Of a stretch of 64,000 bases of DNA, positions 47,512-60,149 are shown piece after piece. The notes under the pieces are model-generated. The model worked only from the letters and a program-made list of their open reading frames with translations, had not been told where the DNA came from and ran no database searches. The position numbers and the translations under genes were made by a program. Each line of letters opens with the position of its first letter. The first letter of the stretch is position 1. Origin of the DNA: Candidatus Babeliales bacterium (GTDB taxonomy: Bacteria > Babelota > Babeliae > Babelales > JANWKD01); NCBI GenBank assembly GCA_963701665.1, contig OY969622.1, positions 832,001 to 896,000 on the forward strand. Direction: 5' to 3'.

Positions 47512-47987
47512 ACGTTCTCCTTTCTTTTTTCAGTAAAAAATCTTTTTAACAAGGCTGCTGATTCTTGTTGGCCTACCCCCTTAATTATCTGTAAAGTGTC
47601 TCTTCTGTATAGCTGAAGGGGGCCGCTATTGTCAAGATGATAGCCAAACACGGGAGACTCCGTCCCAAAGACTATGCCTTCCAGCCGGCTTAATAATGCC
47701 AGATTAAAGCACATTGCGCATGGTTCCAGGGTTACATAAAGCCAATGCCCTTCAAGACGCCAGTTGCCCCTTTTTTTACAAGCCTTAGCGATCGCCTGAA
47801 CCTCGGCGTGCGCCATTTGCTGACGCTTGCCCTCAACTTGGTTATATGCTCGGCTCACTATTTCCCCCGAGGGCCCGACGATAACCGCTCCAATGGGAAC
47901 CTCGTCTTTTTCATAAGCCTTTTGGGCCTGCTTGAGGGCCTTTTTCATATATTTAGGGTGATCGGTATGAGAAATAGGGTTCACCAT
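47508..47987 (-). CDS. tadA: tRNA adenosine(34) deaminase
   Basis: EVPIGAVIV, AHAE, NWRL, LYVTLEPCAMC. Confidence 0.92.
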   Translation of the reverse strand: MVNPISHTDHPKYMKKALKQAQKAYEKDEVPIGAVIVGPSGEIVSRAYNQVEGKRQQMAHAEVQAIAKACKKRGNWRLEGHWLYVTLEPCAMCFNLALLSRLEGIVFGTESPVFGYHLDNSGPLQLYRRDTLQIIKGVGQQESAALLKRFFTEKRKENV

Positions 47988-48083
47988 GAAAACTTTTAAA
48001 ATAAATAGCTAATGATATACTAAAAACCATAAGTTTTTAACAAATATACTATTTTTTTAAATTTTAATAAACAGGGCTATTAA

Positions 48084-48377
48084 ATGAAAAATACACATAA
48101 CATCATTAAAGCAGTATTGGCTAGTACTCTATTCTTCAGTATACCCGTTCTCCTCAAGGCTGATGAATCTCAGGAAAAGACGAAATCCGATAACTCAACA
48201 CTTAATCGCCATATAAAAGAGATAGAATTTAATATGTCTGAAAAATTCGAAGAATGGAAATGTAATACAGAATGCATATTAAATTCTGAATATCTTGAAT
48301 TCTGCAAAGCACAATGCACAGCAAAACATTTCATAAGAGTTGGTAGATTCAAAGTCAAACGTTTTTTTGAGCAATAA
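48084..48377 (+). CDS. Small secreted protein with a twin CX3C motif
   Basis: Signal peptide; CNTEC-x9-CKAQC; paralogue of the next gene. Confidence 0.7.
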   Translation: MKNTHNIIKAVLASTLFFSIPVLLKADESQEKTKSDNSTLNRHIKEIEFNMSEKFEEWKCNTECILNSEYLEFCKAQCTAKHFIRVGRFKVKRFFEQ

Positions 48378-48421
48378 GTTCCAATAAATATATTTTAAAA
48401 CTTTAAAACTGGATTCGACTT

Positions 48422-48874
48422 ATGAATAATTTCTCTACCATTTTTGTAAAAACAGCAGTATTAGTAACAGGACTCATTTTAACAAATCCTAGTTCATTGA
48501 AGGCGGTAAAAATAGACACTTCGGCTCAAGAAGCAGAATTACGTAAGGATCTTGAAACACTAATTAATGATTTACGAACATTAGACGATGCAGAATTTGA
48601 AATGAATTCATATTGGGAAAAAATTGAGTGTAAATCTAAATGCAAACTCAGTCCAGAACACTTAGAAATATATCGACATGAGTTCGAAAACATGTGTCAA
48701 TATAAGTGCAAAATTGAATATTTAATGAGATTTGCAAAATTTTGGCAAGATCGAATCAATAATATGGAGCGAAATATACAAGTTAGTGAAGATGCTGAAC
48801 GTGCAAAAGAAGCTCAACGGAAAATGGATTTAGAAGAGTTCAAGAACAGTATTGAAATTAAACACGCATCATAG
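48422..48874 (+). CDS. Small secreted protein with a twin CX3C motif
   Basis: Signal peptide; CKSKC-x17-CQYKC. Confidence 0.72.
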   Translation: MNNFSTIFVKTAVLVTGLILTNPSSLKAVKIDTSAQEAELRKDLETLINDLRTLDDAEFEMNSYWEKIECKSKCKLSPEHLEIYRHEFENMCQYKCKIEYLMRFAKFWQDRINNMERNIQVSEDAERAKEAQRKMDLEEFKNSIEIKHAS

Positions 48875-48959
48875 ATATAATACCTTGTCTAAAAATAGAA
48901 AAATCATCTAAATTCTTTTATACTAAGCGTACTTAATGTTACCTGTTATACCGCGATAA

Positions 48960-51419
<2,460 letters not shown>

Positions 51420-51510
51420 TAAATCTGCAATTTTTTTTGTAATTTAGCTGCATCTATTTTATACTGATTCATCATAATCTCTAAATAATTCTCTATTTGA
51501 AAGCATACTC

Positions 51511-52410
51511 ATGAGATCTCTTATTTACAAAAACTTAAGATTTTTATTAATTTTCATTACTTTTATTCCTATGCAAGCAATGGAAAAAAAATCACTAAAT
51601 ACGCCCCTTGATCAAGATAGAGCAATCACCGGATGTTTAACTGAACTCATAAACGATCACATTGATACAATCTTCAGCGAAAAACCAACTACAGTTAAAG
51701 ATGCCTTAATTAGAATTCAGTCCATTGCCAGAATAATCAAAACATCTCATCTCTATAGTGGTGATGCGGAGATTACCAAAGATGCACTCATCATTAATGG
51801 ACGTATTTTTCCCAATCACATACATCCTATTGTACCTCCAATTGCGGATCATTGGTCTAATATTATAGAGAACCCAGCGACACTTAATTCCCTGATCATT
51901 TCACATGAAAAATCAGTTGAAGCCATCAATATAATTCTTGGTACATTGCATAAAAAAGCTAACAATGAAAATGTTGAAATGTGCTATAAAGTAGTTAATA
52001 GTTTACCTCCTTGTGTAAGCGAACACATTAAATCTCAGTTTATTGCCAAGCATCCTTCAAGGAAGCATAATATTCTCTATAACTCAACTGGCACCATACA
52101 ACTCCTCCACTATAATAAAGATGGTTTGCTTATTGCAGCAAAACCAAATAAAAGCAGAATAGATATAGGAGTAGTATATAAGGATTTTTGCCATCAATAT
52201 AATGGTCCCCTTGATCGTGATTTCTCAAGTGCACTTCATAATTCACTTGGCCTTCTTAAGGCGCGAACTTTATATGATGTTTCAATAGAAACTATATTAA
52301 CACCGCCTTCTTTTGAAAAAAGATTAAAAAAACACGCGAAAAGAAATTCCAGACTTTTATCACAAAATGTTGAAGATAACGGGCAATTTGTTAAAAATCT
52401 CGATATTTAA
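51511..52410 (+). CDS. Secreted hypothetical protein (family with 53103 and 54115) ending in a copy of the GyrB C-terminal 12 aa
   Basis: Signal peptide then AMEK; KPTTVKDALIRIQSIARII family motif; ends [12 protein letters not shown]. Confidence 0.8.
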   Translation: MRSLIYKNLRFLLIFITFIPMQAMEKKSLNTPLDQDRAITGCLTELINDHIDTIFSEKPTTVKDALIRIQSIARIIKTSHLYSGDAEITKDALIINGRIFPNHIHPIVPPIADHWSNIIENPATLNSLIISHEKSVEAINIILGTLHKKANNENVEMCYKVVNSLPPCVSEHIKSQFIAKHPSRKHNILYNSTGTIQLLHYNKDGLLIAAKPNKSRIDIGVVYKDFCHQYNGPLDRDFSSALHNSLGLLKARTLYDVSIETILTPPSFEKRLKKHAKRNSRLLSQNVEDNGQFVKNLDI

Positions 52411-52970
52411 TTTTTTTCTAAAGATTTGGGCTGAAAATAATGGGTTATTTCACAAGAAGATTTGTTCAATTTTTGTCCTTTTAAGCAGAGCTGTGCTGTT
52501 ACCACATACATATCTTCTTGAGAAAGCAAATCATTATGGATAAAACAATTTTCACTAAGAGTTTTTGACCAAAACAAATTGTCACTTATTTCTTTTACTG
52601 TATATAAGTTAGTACCACTCGTAATACTAGGCAGACCTTCATAAAAAATGGCGCTAAAGCACAATAAACCGAAGAAACTTTTTTGATGCACAGGTTTAAT
52701 GTGTAAATTTTCTACTTTATACATCATTATGTCCTTAGAATCATAGTAGCGTTCTAAGGGTATCAGTGTTATTTCATCTAATGCCTGTCCTGATCGAAGA
52801 TTTAAAAGCTCTTTTTCATTATGGCTCAGCACCACATCATATTCACTTTCATTTGAAATAGAAGTAATACAAAAGCTGGGCGCTGCAAGCCTTGCTAAGC
52901 CGTTTTCCATGCTTTTGATACTAAAAAAACAGGTTATTACACCTAAAAATAGTAGCTTTTTGCCCACCAT
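52407..52970 (-). CDS. Secreted hypothetical protein
   Basis: G-rich RBS; signal peptide then SMEN. Confidence 0.7.
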   Translation of the reverse strand: MVGKKLLFLGVITCFFSIKSMENGLARLAAPSFCITSISNESEYDVVLSHNEKELLNLRSGQALDEITLIPLERYYDSKDIMMYKVENLHIKPVHQKSFFGLLCFSAIFYEGLPSITSGTNLYTVKEISDNLFWSKTLSENCFIHNDLLSQEDMYVVTAQLCLKGQKLNKSSCEITHYFQPKSLEKN

Positions 52971-53032
52971 AGCTTCCCCCCCATAAAAATAGATTTTTTA
53001 ACTGTTTCTTCCCTTAAATGTATATGGTTTCA

Positions 53033-53060
53033 TTGACATTTTTCAACATTATTTTATAAT
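53033..53060 (+). promoter_or_regulatory. Sigma70 promoter of the 53103-56309 effector-like cluster
   Basis: Consensus hexamers TTGACA-16 nt-TATAAT. Confidence 0.7.
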
Positions 53061-53102
53061 TGAATTTATAATAGGTAAAAATACCTTTAAAATGGAGAAA
53101 TT

Positions 53103-54101
53103 ATGAATAGAGTATTTACAGGCAAAATTATCACCTTACTTTTAGCATCATTTTTGTCCTTCGGACTTTCATATGGAATGGAAGAGAGTACTTCAGATGC
53201 CCTTAGTTCCTATAAAGAACCTGCTGCATTAAAAATTCCTCATAAAGGCAAAGATATCGTTGTTCTATTTAGAAATACTTTGCTTGAAGATCAAGAAATC
53301 ATTAAAGCTCTCTATTATGCTTTTAGTGATAAAATTAATAAAAAATTAACCTCAACGCCAAAAACTTTTTATGAAGCAATTGTACGCTTGCAGTGTATTG
53401 CAAAACTCCTTGAAAAATCGCTCATTAACCCGACAGCCTTAGGAAAAAATTTACACTTTACTTCCCATGAATGCCAAATAACCGTTGATGGCACAACTTA
53501 CACAATTCCTCACGATATGCTTCATCCAATTTTTAATGAGCTAATCAAAAAAGCTTGTCACAAAATTTTTCTTGAACATCCAAAATCACTACAAGCAATA
53601 GATATCATTCTTAATGAAATAAGCCAGAAGGTTACTCATCAAAATATGAAGAACTATCAAAAAGCAATCGAAGAGTTACCTAAAACGGTTTCACAATGCA
53701 TACAACAAGAATTCATTAACATGCATGGTTGGCCGCATGGTATTAAACCCGAATTTATAGTAGACCCGCAAGGAATACTATCATTAAGATTTGTTAACAA
53801 TGACCGCCTTATCACTTTTAAAAATGACTACATTATTTCGACCCCCCTCCCGTTTGAAGGCGGCTGGCGAAGTGCAGATTTGGTTAATGATAATTACTTT
53901 GACACAATTGCGTTCGTAGTTTGGAGACATCATAATGCAATGCAAGAAGATGGCACCTATCCATCATTATGGGAAGTGCCAACGTTTGCACAAGCATTAG
54001 AGAAAAGAGTACAAGAAAATGCTAAAACGTTATTAACCCGTATCAAAGAACATATATACCCTTTAATGATTGCATTTGACGACTTTATGGACAGGTTTTA
54101 A
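53103..54101 (+). CDS. Secreted hypothetical protein, tandem paralogue
   Basis: Signal peptide then GMEE; TSTPKTFYEAIVRLQCIAKLLEKS nearly identical in the next gene. Confidence 0.8.
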   Translation: MNRVFTGKIITLLLASFLSFGLSYGMEESTSDALSSYKEPAALKIPHKGKDIVVLFRNTLLEDQEIIKALYYAFSDKINKKLTSTPKTFYEAIVRLQCIAKLLEKSLINPTALGKNLHFTSHECQITVDGTTYTIPHDMLHPIFNELIKKACHKIFLEHPKSLQAIDIILNEISQKVTHQNMKNYQKAIEELPKTVSQCIQQEFINMHGWPHGIKPEFIVDPQGILSLRFVNNDRLITFKNDYIISTPLPFEGGWRSADLVNDNYFDTIAFVVWRHHNAMQEDGTYPSLWEVPTFAQALEKRVQENAKTLLTRIKEHIYPLMIAFDDFMDRF

Positions 54102-54114
54102 GATTGGTTATTTT

Positions 54115-55080
54115 ATGAAATTATTTAGAAAAATCTCTTTATCTTTATTTTTCGTAGCTTTTCTCTTTGGAAATACAATTCAATGTATGGAATCGCTTGG
54201 ATCCTACAAAGAACCTGCTGAGCTAAAGACGAGCTTTTCAGATCAAGATATTGTTGATTTAATCTATCATGATCTGAGCAATAAAATTAATGAAAGATTA
54301 ACGTCAACGCCTAAAACATTTTATGATGCAATTGTTTGCCTGCAGTGTATCGCAAAACTCCTTGAAAAGTCACAAATCACCTCGGAAGTTTTTGGTAAAA
54401 ATTTCATTATTACCCCTCACGAATGTCAAATAACTACTGACGAAATGTACTCAATCCCTCACGATATACTTCATCCGGTCTTCGATTCATGGTGTCAAAA
54501 AGCCCACACAAAAATATTTATAGAACATCCTAAATCAATGGCAGCAACCACTATAATTTTAAATGCATTAAGTAATAATGTAACCTTAGAAAACCTTGAA
54601 AAGTACCAAAGCGCTCTTGCAACCTTACCTCTAGAAGCAAAAAAATATATCGAAGAAAAATTTATTGAAAAGTATGGCTGGGAAATTAAAGATTTGGATA
54701 TTGAATTAGATAATAATGGAAATATTGCCGATATTCAGTTCACAATCGATAATTTTTTTGTTAAAGGTCGCACATCATTTGGCATGCCGCCCTCTGTGGC
54801 CATACTTGACATGTCAACCCTTGAATGCCTGTATTGTATCAGGTTACCTAACTTGGATTTATCTAGGGGAGTTTATTATGCTTTGGGCAGTTTCTTTGGT
54901 ATTCGTTTATCACAATCTGAGGTCGATTCGCTGCAAGATTTCCTTGCCACAAAACCAACATTCGAACAGGTGTTACTTAATCATGCGAAAAACCACAAAG
55001 GAACACTATTAACTCGCATTAAAATGAGCGCATATTATTTAACAACAGCTTTCACTAAATTACTTAAGGGACATTTATGA
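54115..55080 (+). CDS. Secreted hypothetical protein, tandem paralogue
   Basis: ATG 54115, signal peptide then CMES; TSTPKTFYDAIVCLQCIAKLLEKS. Confidence 0.8.
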   Translation: MKLFRKISLSLFFVAFLFGNTIQCMESLGSYKEPAELKTSFSDQDIVDLIYHDLSNKINERLTSTPKTFYDAIVCLQCIAKLLEKSQITSEVFGKNFIITPHECQITTDEMYSIPHDILHPVFDSWCQKAHTKIFIEHPKSMAATTIILNALSNNVTLENLEKYQSALATLPLEAKKYIEEKFIEKYGWEIKDLDIELDNNGNIADIQFTIDNFFVKGRTSFGMPPSVAILDMSTLECLYCIRLPNLDLSRGVYYALGSFFGIRLSQSEVDSLQDFLATKPTFEQVLLNHAKNHKGTLLTRIKMSAYYLTTAFTKLLKGHL

Positions 55081-56309
55081 AATTAGTTAACGAACAACCA
55101 CTTTTAAAAAGCTTCTTATTTGTGTTGGCATTGAGTGCAATAATTAATACACAGGCAATGGAAAAACAAGAAGAAGATTATCAATTAGCATCCCTATCAA
55201 TGGGCCAGACAATAGACATAGGCGAATTAACGGACGTTGTCGAAAATTTGCACGAGGCACACAAAGCACAAAATCGAGAACTTTTTGCAAATATTTTCCA
55301 ACATTTTACAGAAGATCTAAATCAAAAAGATCCCGTTGAACAATTAGCAACTTGGGTTGAAGCAACTAAAATAGCTGCTAAAAAAAGTAAACCGCTTACT
55401 CTCGCTTTTTGTGATAACCTTTTAAACATTTGCAATGCTTATCCGGACCTCTCAGAGATAACACCAGAAATAGTAAGACCACTCATCCCTAATTTACACA
55501 AAAATAAGCACCCCGAAGCAATTAAAAAAATTATTTGTATTTTTGCTAATAATGCTGACAGCGAAGAATATCATGCTATGCAAAGTAGCATACAGCATGG
55601 TTTGAATACTAGTACAACCCCAAGCATTGATAATGATGAAGCAATTGCACGCGCATACCAACAAGGCTCCCAACATATTAGCAATACAGAATATGATCTA
55701 GCATTAGCAAAAGCACTAGCCGCCAGTATGCAGATCAACGACAACAAAAATGCTGGTACATTGCAACCCAGTCCTCATTATCCTACTGGTTATAATGAAG
55801 ATTGGGCATTAGCACAAGCTCTAAGTGAAAGTGTGAAAGAAGTCAAATCAGAAAAACGCGCTTTCTTGGATCAACTGACAGATGAAGACTTGATCCAAGA
55901 GTCAGAACGTTTGAATACATCGAACCGACAATTACTTACAAACGTGCCAACTACATTTTATTCAGATTTGGATCAACTGACTGATGAAGAATTACTCCAA
56001 GAGGCAGACGATCTACTTACATCAAACCAAACATTATTAGAAGTACCTCCGGTCCCACCCGTCACCGTCACAGTTTATTCTGCTCCTCCTAAAGAAATAG
56101 AGGAATCAGACATACAAGAAGTACTCGCAGAAGGTATGCAATTTAACGCTCCTCCTCGTGAAGAAATAGCTGACCTTGAAGAGGAAGAGGATTTAAGTAT
56201 CGCGATCGAAGAAAGCCTACAAAGCCCTTCTACAAACGATACGCTATCATTCCTGAGAAGAATCCGTGATAATTTACGTGATAATTTAATCGGAGGCTTT
56301 GGTAGTTAA
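55077..56309 (+). CDS. Secreted acidic protein with multiple ubiquitin-interacting-motif (UIM)-like repeats
   Basis: Signal peptide then AMEK; LAKALAAS, LAQALSES and EEEEDLSIAIEES fit acidic-LxxAxxxS. Confidence 0.72.
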   Translation: MKLVNEQPLLKSFLFVLALSAIINTQAMEKQEEDYQLASLSMGQTIDIGELTDVVENLHEAHKAQNRELFANIFQHFTEDLNQKDPVEQLATWVEATKIAAKKSKPLTLAFCDNLLNICNAYPDLSEITPEIVRPLIPNLHKNKHPEAIKKIICIFANNADSEEYHAMQSSIQHGLNTSTTPSIDNDEAIARAYQQGSQHISNTEYDLALAKALAASMQINDNKNAGTLQPSPHYPTGYNEDWALAQALSESVKEVKSEKRAFLDQLTDEDLIQESERLNTSNRQLLTNVPTTFYSDLDQLTDEELLQEADDLLTSNQTLLEVPPVPPVTVTVYSAPPKEIEESDIQEVLAEGMQFNAPPREEIADLEEEEDLSIAIEESLQSPSTNDTLSFLRRIRDNLRDNLIGGFGS

Positions 56310-56401
56310 TTCTATGGGGCAGATACTCTTACACATCGCGGTTTTAATCTTCTTGTTGATAATCAATCGTATCGCAGTAAAATTTTTGCTAAAATAAGAT
56401 T

Positions 56402-57409
56402 ATGTTACGACAAGAAATTACGACTTTTATCGAAAAACATTCCCTTTTGCCGCAAGGCAGCCGCATTGTTGTCGGCTTATCAGGTGGGCCTGATTCTGTG
56501 TTTTTGCTCCATGTCCTACATGGGCTTCAAAAAACATTGAATTTAACTCTTGTTGCCGCCCATTTGGATCACCAATGGCGCATTGATTCCGAATATGATG
56601 TCTTTTTTTGCCAAAGCATGGCCCAGACATTAGGTATCCCTTTTATAAGCGCTAAGGCTGGAACTTTACACACCCCAGTAAAAAATAATGGCTCTCAAGA
56701 AGAAGTGGGCAGGAAGCTGCGCCGTCAATTTTTAGAGCAGGTTCGCGAACAATTTAATGCTGATTATATTGCACTCGGGCATCACGCTCAAGATCAACAA
56801 GAAACCTTTTTCTTACGCCTCATTCGGGGTACCACCTTATCCGGATTAGTAAGCATGCGGCCAAAAAGTGGTTTTTATATTCGGCCTTTATTGGGGATTA
56901 ACAAATCAGAAATTATTGCATCCCTCAAACAAAAAAATATTCCTTTTTTGATTGACCCTACTAATGATTCAGATCTTTATCTGCGCAACCGTATTCGCTC
57001 AAAAGTGTTACCGGCACTCGAATTATGTGACGCGCGCTTCAATCATAATTTTGAACGTACGTTAAAATCGTTACATGAAACAGAAGATTTTCTCACGCGT
57101 TTAACAGAACAAGCATTCCTGCAAGTTACTCATTTTGATGGCATCCTGTATCACCTTGATATTGCCGCATTCTTTGCTCTTGATCCTGTGATACAAAATC
57201 GCGTTCTCATGGCATGGCTCATTAAGGAACAAGTGCCTTACACACCCGCCGATACTTTTTTACAAGAAATAAAACGTTTCTTAAGTAATAAAAAACACAA
57301 AGAACATGCTATGCACCATCTTTGGTCATTACAAAAACATGATGGCAAAGCTACGCTTCTAAAAAATCAGCCTTATACTTTTGAAACAAACGAATTGTCT
57401 TTGCAATAA
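56402..57409 (+). CDS. tilS: tRNA(Ile)-lysidine synthase
   Basis: VGLSGGPDS, HLDHQWR, GHHAQDQQET, IRPLL, DPTN, RNRIR. Confidence 0.95.
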   Translation: MLRQEITTFIEKHSLLPQGSRIVVGLSGGPDSVFLLHVLHGLQKTLNLTLVAAHLDHQWRIDSEYDVFFCQSMAQTLGIPFISAKAGTLHTPVKNNGSQEEVGRKLRRQFLEQVREQFNADYIALGHHAQDQQETFFLRLIRGTTLSGLVSMRPKSGFYIRPLLGINKSEIIASLKQKNIPFLIDPTNDSDLYLRNRIRSKVLPALELCDARFNHNFERTLKSLHETEDFLTRLTEQAFLQVTHFDGILYHLDIAAFFALDPVIQNRVLMAWLIKEQVPYTPADTFLQEIKRFLSNKKHKEHAMHHLWSLQKHDGKATLLKNQPYTFETNELSLQ

Positions 57410-57963
57410 AAGCGCCACGCGCGTTCTTGCTCTTTGCTAATACCGATTCTTTTTGTCGCAACAATGTCACTTTTTTTGAGCTCGATACCCTGCACAATGT
57501 ATAACGGCCCTTTTTTAGTTATATCGCAACCGTATAATGCTTTAGTAATATGCAATGCTTGCGCGAGTTTTCCTGGCCCACTCGTTAAGTTATGTAATGC
57601 ACTCGTTTTTCGCCGCGCGCTCATGAGCTCAATGCCCTCGACTGGTTCAAGCGCGCGTATCAAAATACCTCCGGCAAGCATCGTGCTTTTGCGGGCTACG
57701 ACATTCAAACAAAAGTGCATGCCATACGTAAAATAAATATACGCATGCCCTACAGGCCCAAAAAGTGCTTCATTAGATTTTGTTTTGCCTCGATAGGCGT
57801 GACACGCGGCATCAGTGCATACGTACGCTTCCGTTTCAACAATAATCCCTGCACATATATTTCCTTTTTCTTCACGTACAACAATATTTCCTAAAAGTTT
57901 GCGCGCCACAAGCACCGTATCACGCGCATAAAAAGTTCGTGGCAGCAATTTTCCAACAGCCAT
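57373..57963 (-). CDS. mpg: 3-methyladenine DNA glycosylase (AAG/MPG family)
   Basis: IVETEAY, YIYFTYGMHFCLNVV, LIRALEP, GPGKL, RIGIS. Confidence 0.93.
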   Translation of the reverse strand: MAVGKLLPRTFYARDTVLVARKLLGNIVVREEKGNICAGIIVETEAYVCTDAACHAYRGKTKSNEALFGPVGHAYIYFTYGMHFCLNVVARKSTMLAGGILIRALEPVEGIELMSARRKTSALHNLTSGPGKLAQALHITKALYGCDITKKGPLYIVQGIELKKSDIVATKRIGISKEQERAWRFYCKDNSFVSKV

Positions 57964-58063
57964 AGTAAAAACCTTACAATTAAACGTCTTTATTTACTCA
58001 ATACATAGTTCTCGAGTAATCTTACAATAAGAGCACAAAAAAAGGTTAGCAAGGAAAATAGAA

Positions 58064-59086
58064 ATGATGTACAAAAAACCATATGAAAGAAATATGAGCT
58101 GGCTTTTACTGCTCGCCTTATTGCTTAATCTCCTTTTTTTGTATGTTATTTTTTTTATCGCCTTTGATATGCATGATTTTTTTTCGCCAAAAAAAGAAAT
58201 TTTTGAACATGATGCGCCTGTTGTTTTTGAATCGCCACAGCAAGAAGAACCTCAAGAACAACCGCCTCCCATTAACGAGGTTGCTGCATTAAAACCACGA
58301 GCATCGCAGTTTGGCGCTACAGAACTTGTGCAAGATGAACCGGAATTCACGCCCGGTGTGTATGATAAACTTATCCCTGAAGTTCTTGGCAAAGATGAAA
58401 GCGATAACGAAAAAACAGAAGAAATTTCTACGGAACAAACAAAAGATTTTGACACAAAATCAGAAAAGCAAGAAGAACCCACCCAAGAAATTGTTTCTGA
58501 AAGTTCTGATGTTTTATTCAAACCAATCGTAAAACCCGAACCCGCTCTTAAGCCCTCAAAAAGCATAGAACAAGGTAAGCAGCAAAAAGCAAGCCAACGC
58601 ACTACACTCGGCGCTCAAGCAAAAATTGCATCTCCCATGGAAAAAAAATTAACCTTCAATGATTTAGCGACAGGATTTTTAGCTTCATGGCAAAACGAGG
58701 GCAGCGATTGGTTTGAGCGGAAAGGTAATGAAAATATTCGTCCTGATTTTGAAGAAATGAAATATTTAAGTTATTTACAAAAAATTGCTTGGTATATGCA
58801 AAACGCGTGGCAACGTCAAGAACGCGTGCAAGTGCACAATCCACCCGCAGATATTGTCGTAACCGGCGTACGCGTTACGCTCGATAAATTAGGCAATCTT
58901 GTTAATGCTGCCATGTTGCAATCGTGTGGCGTTGCACAACTTGACGATATGGTTATGCGCGGCATTCGTGAAGGCGGCCCTTATCCGCCATTACCCGAAC
59001 ATTTTAAAAAAGAAATTATGTCATTTGAATTTGGCGTAAAGCATTTGCTCTCGCATAATCCATTTGCTTATAACTTTGGTAGATAA
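58064..59086 (+). CDS. TonB/TolA C-terminal-domain membrane protein
   Basis: N-terminal TM anchor, acidic/Pro-rich linker, C-terminal SCGVAQLDD...PYPPLP. Confidence 0.8.
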   Translation: MMYKKPYERNMSWLLLLALLLNLLFLYVIFFIAFDMHDFFSPKKEIFEHDAPVVFESPQQEEPQEQPPPINEVAALKPRASQFGATELVQDEPEFTPGVYDKLIPEVLGKDESDNEKTEEISTEQTKDFDTKSEKQEEPTQEIVSESSDVLFKPIVKPEPALKPSKSIEQGKQQKASQRTTLGAQAKIASPMEKKLTFNDLATGFLASWQNEGSDWFERKGNENIRPDFEEMKYLSYLQKIAWYMQNAWQRQERVQVHNPPADIVVTGVRVTLDKLGNLVNAAMLQSCGVAQLDDMVMRGIREGGPYPPLPEHFKKEIMSFEFGVKHLLSHNPFAYNFGR

Positions 59087-59166
59087 GGTTAAATAAAATA
59101 TCCTTTATAAAATTTAATTTTACGGCCTTTGCAAACAATTACCCAGTTGTTTAAAGTTATTTGAGG

Positions 59167-59496
59167 TTAAACTTTTTTAGATTTTGTTTTATTTACTGAT
59201 GTCTTTTTAGGTGATAAAGAAATTTTCATCGAATAACCCAAAGCATCAGCAACTTGAGCGAGTTTTCCAACAGATGTTGTAGTGTACCCACCCTTTTCTA
59301 GTCGTGCGATAGCTGGTTGTTGAAGATGAAGGCGCTTAGCAAGTTCTGATTGAGAATAACGCGCTTTTTTTCTTGCCTTTATAAACTTTTCAAGTAATGC
59401 AAATTCTGGTTCTAATAAGTCATATGCAGTTTTAAGTTCTTTATTTTCTAAAGCTCTTTTTTTATATGCTGCAAAGCTTGGTCTTTTATTCTTCAT
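59167..59496 (-). CDS. XRE-family HTH antitoxin (HigA-like)
   Basis: ARKKARYSQSELAKRL...QPAIARLEKG; overlaps the end of an upstream RelE-like toxin gene. Confidence 0.88.
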   Translation of the reverse strand: MKNKRPSFAAYKKRALENKELKTAYDLLEPEFALLEKFIKARKKARYSQSELAKRLHLQQPAIARLEKGGYTTTSVGKLAQVADALGYSMKISLSPKKTSVNKTKSKKV

Positions 59497-59816
59497 TTTT
59501 TACCTCTTTCATGCGCCGTATTGCTATTTCCATTTCCCTTGGCGGAGTTTTTTGTGTTTTCTTTATAAATTCGCTCAGTACTATTACAATTTTCCCTTTT
59601 ATAGTACAAAAAGGAGCCCGAGCGATGCCTTCAGGCCCCTTTACTCTACTCAAAAAGTCCTTTTTTTAAAGGCTTAATATGAGGCATTCCTAATTCATCA
59701 GGGCCCATTTTTTCAATAAGTTCAGCTACTTTTAAAAACTTAGCCCTTAAATGTACTGGCCATTCATCAATACCCTTTTCAACCTTAGTACTATAAAATT
59801 CTACTTTCCAGCTCAT
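59486..59816 (-). pseudogene. RelE/Gp49 (HigB-like) toxin, frameshifted
   Basis: MSWKVEFY...LGMPHIKPLKKGLFE* (TAG 59646..59648); the +1 frame continues RVKGPEGIARA...FIKKTQKTPPREMEIAIRRMKEV. Confidence 0.88.
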
Positions 59817-59947
59817 TTAAATCTCGCTTTTTTTAATAAAAAACACCTTAAAATTATAACAAATATATTATATTTTCGCAATATAATTAGCAACAATTTA
59901 AGAAAGCCAGAAGCGTAACATGAGGCCCGCATAACTGCGTAAGTTAC

Positions 59948-60014
59948 AATAAAAGAGTTTTTCTAAAGGATTTATTTAGGTTCCGGATTCCCACGGCTTC
60001 GCCTCGGAATGACA
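59948..60014. repeat. Partial REP/MITE-like element (core plus right arm)
   Basis: TAAAGGATTTATTTAGGTTCCGGATTCCCACGGCTTCGCCTCGGAATGACA matches the right arms at 14160..14216 and 34160..34215. Confidence 0.7.
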
Positions 60015-60149
60015 TTTTTTGTTTGAATTTATCCCACGCCTACATCGTATTTACGAAAAAATTAAAACTTTAAGCTTCTAGACTTTTTACAACTTTCGTT
60101 TTATAACTAGACCCACATTTGATAGGTATGAAGCACGCGAGAGGAGTCA

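Noticed and set aside
57373..57409. 37-bp convergent overlap of tilS and mpg
   Set aside because: Short 3' overlaps of convergent genes are common in compact genomes.
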